In this document: positions 7,847-8,494 of the stretch, piece by piece
How positions within the stretch are numbered: the stretch's first letter is position 1
Layout: the number at the start of each line of letters is the position of its first letter
Source of the DNA: Selaginella moellendorffii
Taxonomy: Eukaryota; Plantae; Lycopodiophyta
Assembly: GCF_000143415.4 (NCBI RefSeq)
Contig: NW_003314337.1
Location: forward strand, 26,213 to 34,706
Reading direction: 5' to 3'
DNA: 8,494 nucleotides
Program-made: the position numbers and the translations under genes
Notes under the pieces: generated by a model
Seen by the model: the letters and a program-made list of their open reading frames with translations, nothing else
Database searches by the model: none
What the model was told of the DNA's origin: nothing

Positions 7847-8165
7847 AATATTGGAAGTTTCAAACCAAATAATGAAAAATATGCAGCTTATTCACAATGA
7901 AATATTTTAGATACTGCTCAAGCAACGGAGATAAAAATAAAAAAACAAACACAATTCTAAATGCAACGAGAAACTAATGGGTGGTCTTGATAAATTATTA
8001 AAAGAGATAAATCCCTATACTAATGCATTCACAATATTGTAAGAAATAGAGAATGAAGTGTTAAAATTAACAAATTTTCAAGGAGGCATAAGTGATATCG
8101 TAATACATATAAAAGGCAATTAGACAACTGATCCAAGATAATATAATGCACTAGGTTCAAATGAT
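7847..8165 (+). mobile_element. Degenerate Helitron Rep/helicase (RepHel) N-terminal coding remnant
   Basis: Frame 2 reads NIGSFKPNNEKYAAYSQ*NILDTAQATE. After a frameshift in the A-run near 7940, frame 3 reads NSKCNEKLMGGLDKLLKEINPYTNAFTIL*EIE...[12 protein letters not shown]. This follows the recalled RepHel motif order IGSLxP / AQLYIxDT / NPYxxxF / DxRRYNxP. It may extend upstream to ~7757 (ESRSFTNHRIY). Confidence 0.82.
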
Positions 8166-8302
8166 TTTAAACATTTAGTTGTACAAAGATGGTATTCATT
8201 GATGAATTTTTTTATTATGTCTACTATGTACGATATATTTACAACAAAAAATATGTTCAATATGTTTAAACATGTATTATCAAATCAATCATATACTCTT
8301 TC

Positions 8303-8305
<3 letters not shown>

Positions 8306-8392
<87 letters not shown>
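8306..8392. repeat. (TA)n microsatellite, about 43 units, with a degenerate tail to ~8414
   Basis: Perfect TA dinucleotide run seen directly. Confidence 0.99.
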
Positions 8393-8400
<8 letters not shown>

Positions 8401-8494
8401 ATGTATACATATGTGCTGGCTATACAAGAACATGGTCTGGAAAGAGGTTGGAGAGCTAGAAGCTAAAGCAAAAAATGCAAATATAATGACTTAA

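Larger units (their letters stand above)
2474..8165 (+). mobile_element. Putative non-autonomous Helitron carrying captured gene fragments and a RepHel remnant (3' end not seen in window)
   Basis: Starts TCAAACTCTTTATTTAAAG (TC plus AT-rich, like a Helitron 5' end) directly after a CTAG terminus. Contains five unrelated truncated gene fragments and a same-strand RepHel remnant. Boundaries are inferred. Confidence 0.6.

Noticed and set aside
8199-8466. ORFs of 86 aa and 64 aa with IY repeats
   Set aside because: Artefacts of the stop-free (TA)n microsatellite.

Overview
Eukaryotic land-plant DNA with 45-86 bp GT-AG introns and an ALDH21 fragment; a lycophyte such as Selaginella fits best, but that is inference. 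No gene in the window is intact. The best-supported reading is a Helitron (rolling-circle transposon) locus. Positions 1-2473 are AT-rich and hold four related copies of a Helitron-type 3' end (CCCAGC-NNN-GCTGGG hairpin, then CTRR). The most intact copy ends CTAG at 2473 and is followed directly by TC, a possible 5' end of a second element. Downstream lies a string of truncated, disabled host-gene fragments: Tic32-like SDR (+), ALDH21 (-), Kelch-repeat protein (+), LAF3-like amidohydrolase (+) and a Ser/Thr kinase (+). A degenerate Helitron RepHel N-terminal remnant (about 7850-8165) follows, which the ORF track misses. Also present are a small TIR element flanked by long direct repeats, short duplications at cargo junctions, and a (TA)n microsatellite. 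All protein assignments come from manual translation and recalled family motifs, not database searches.
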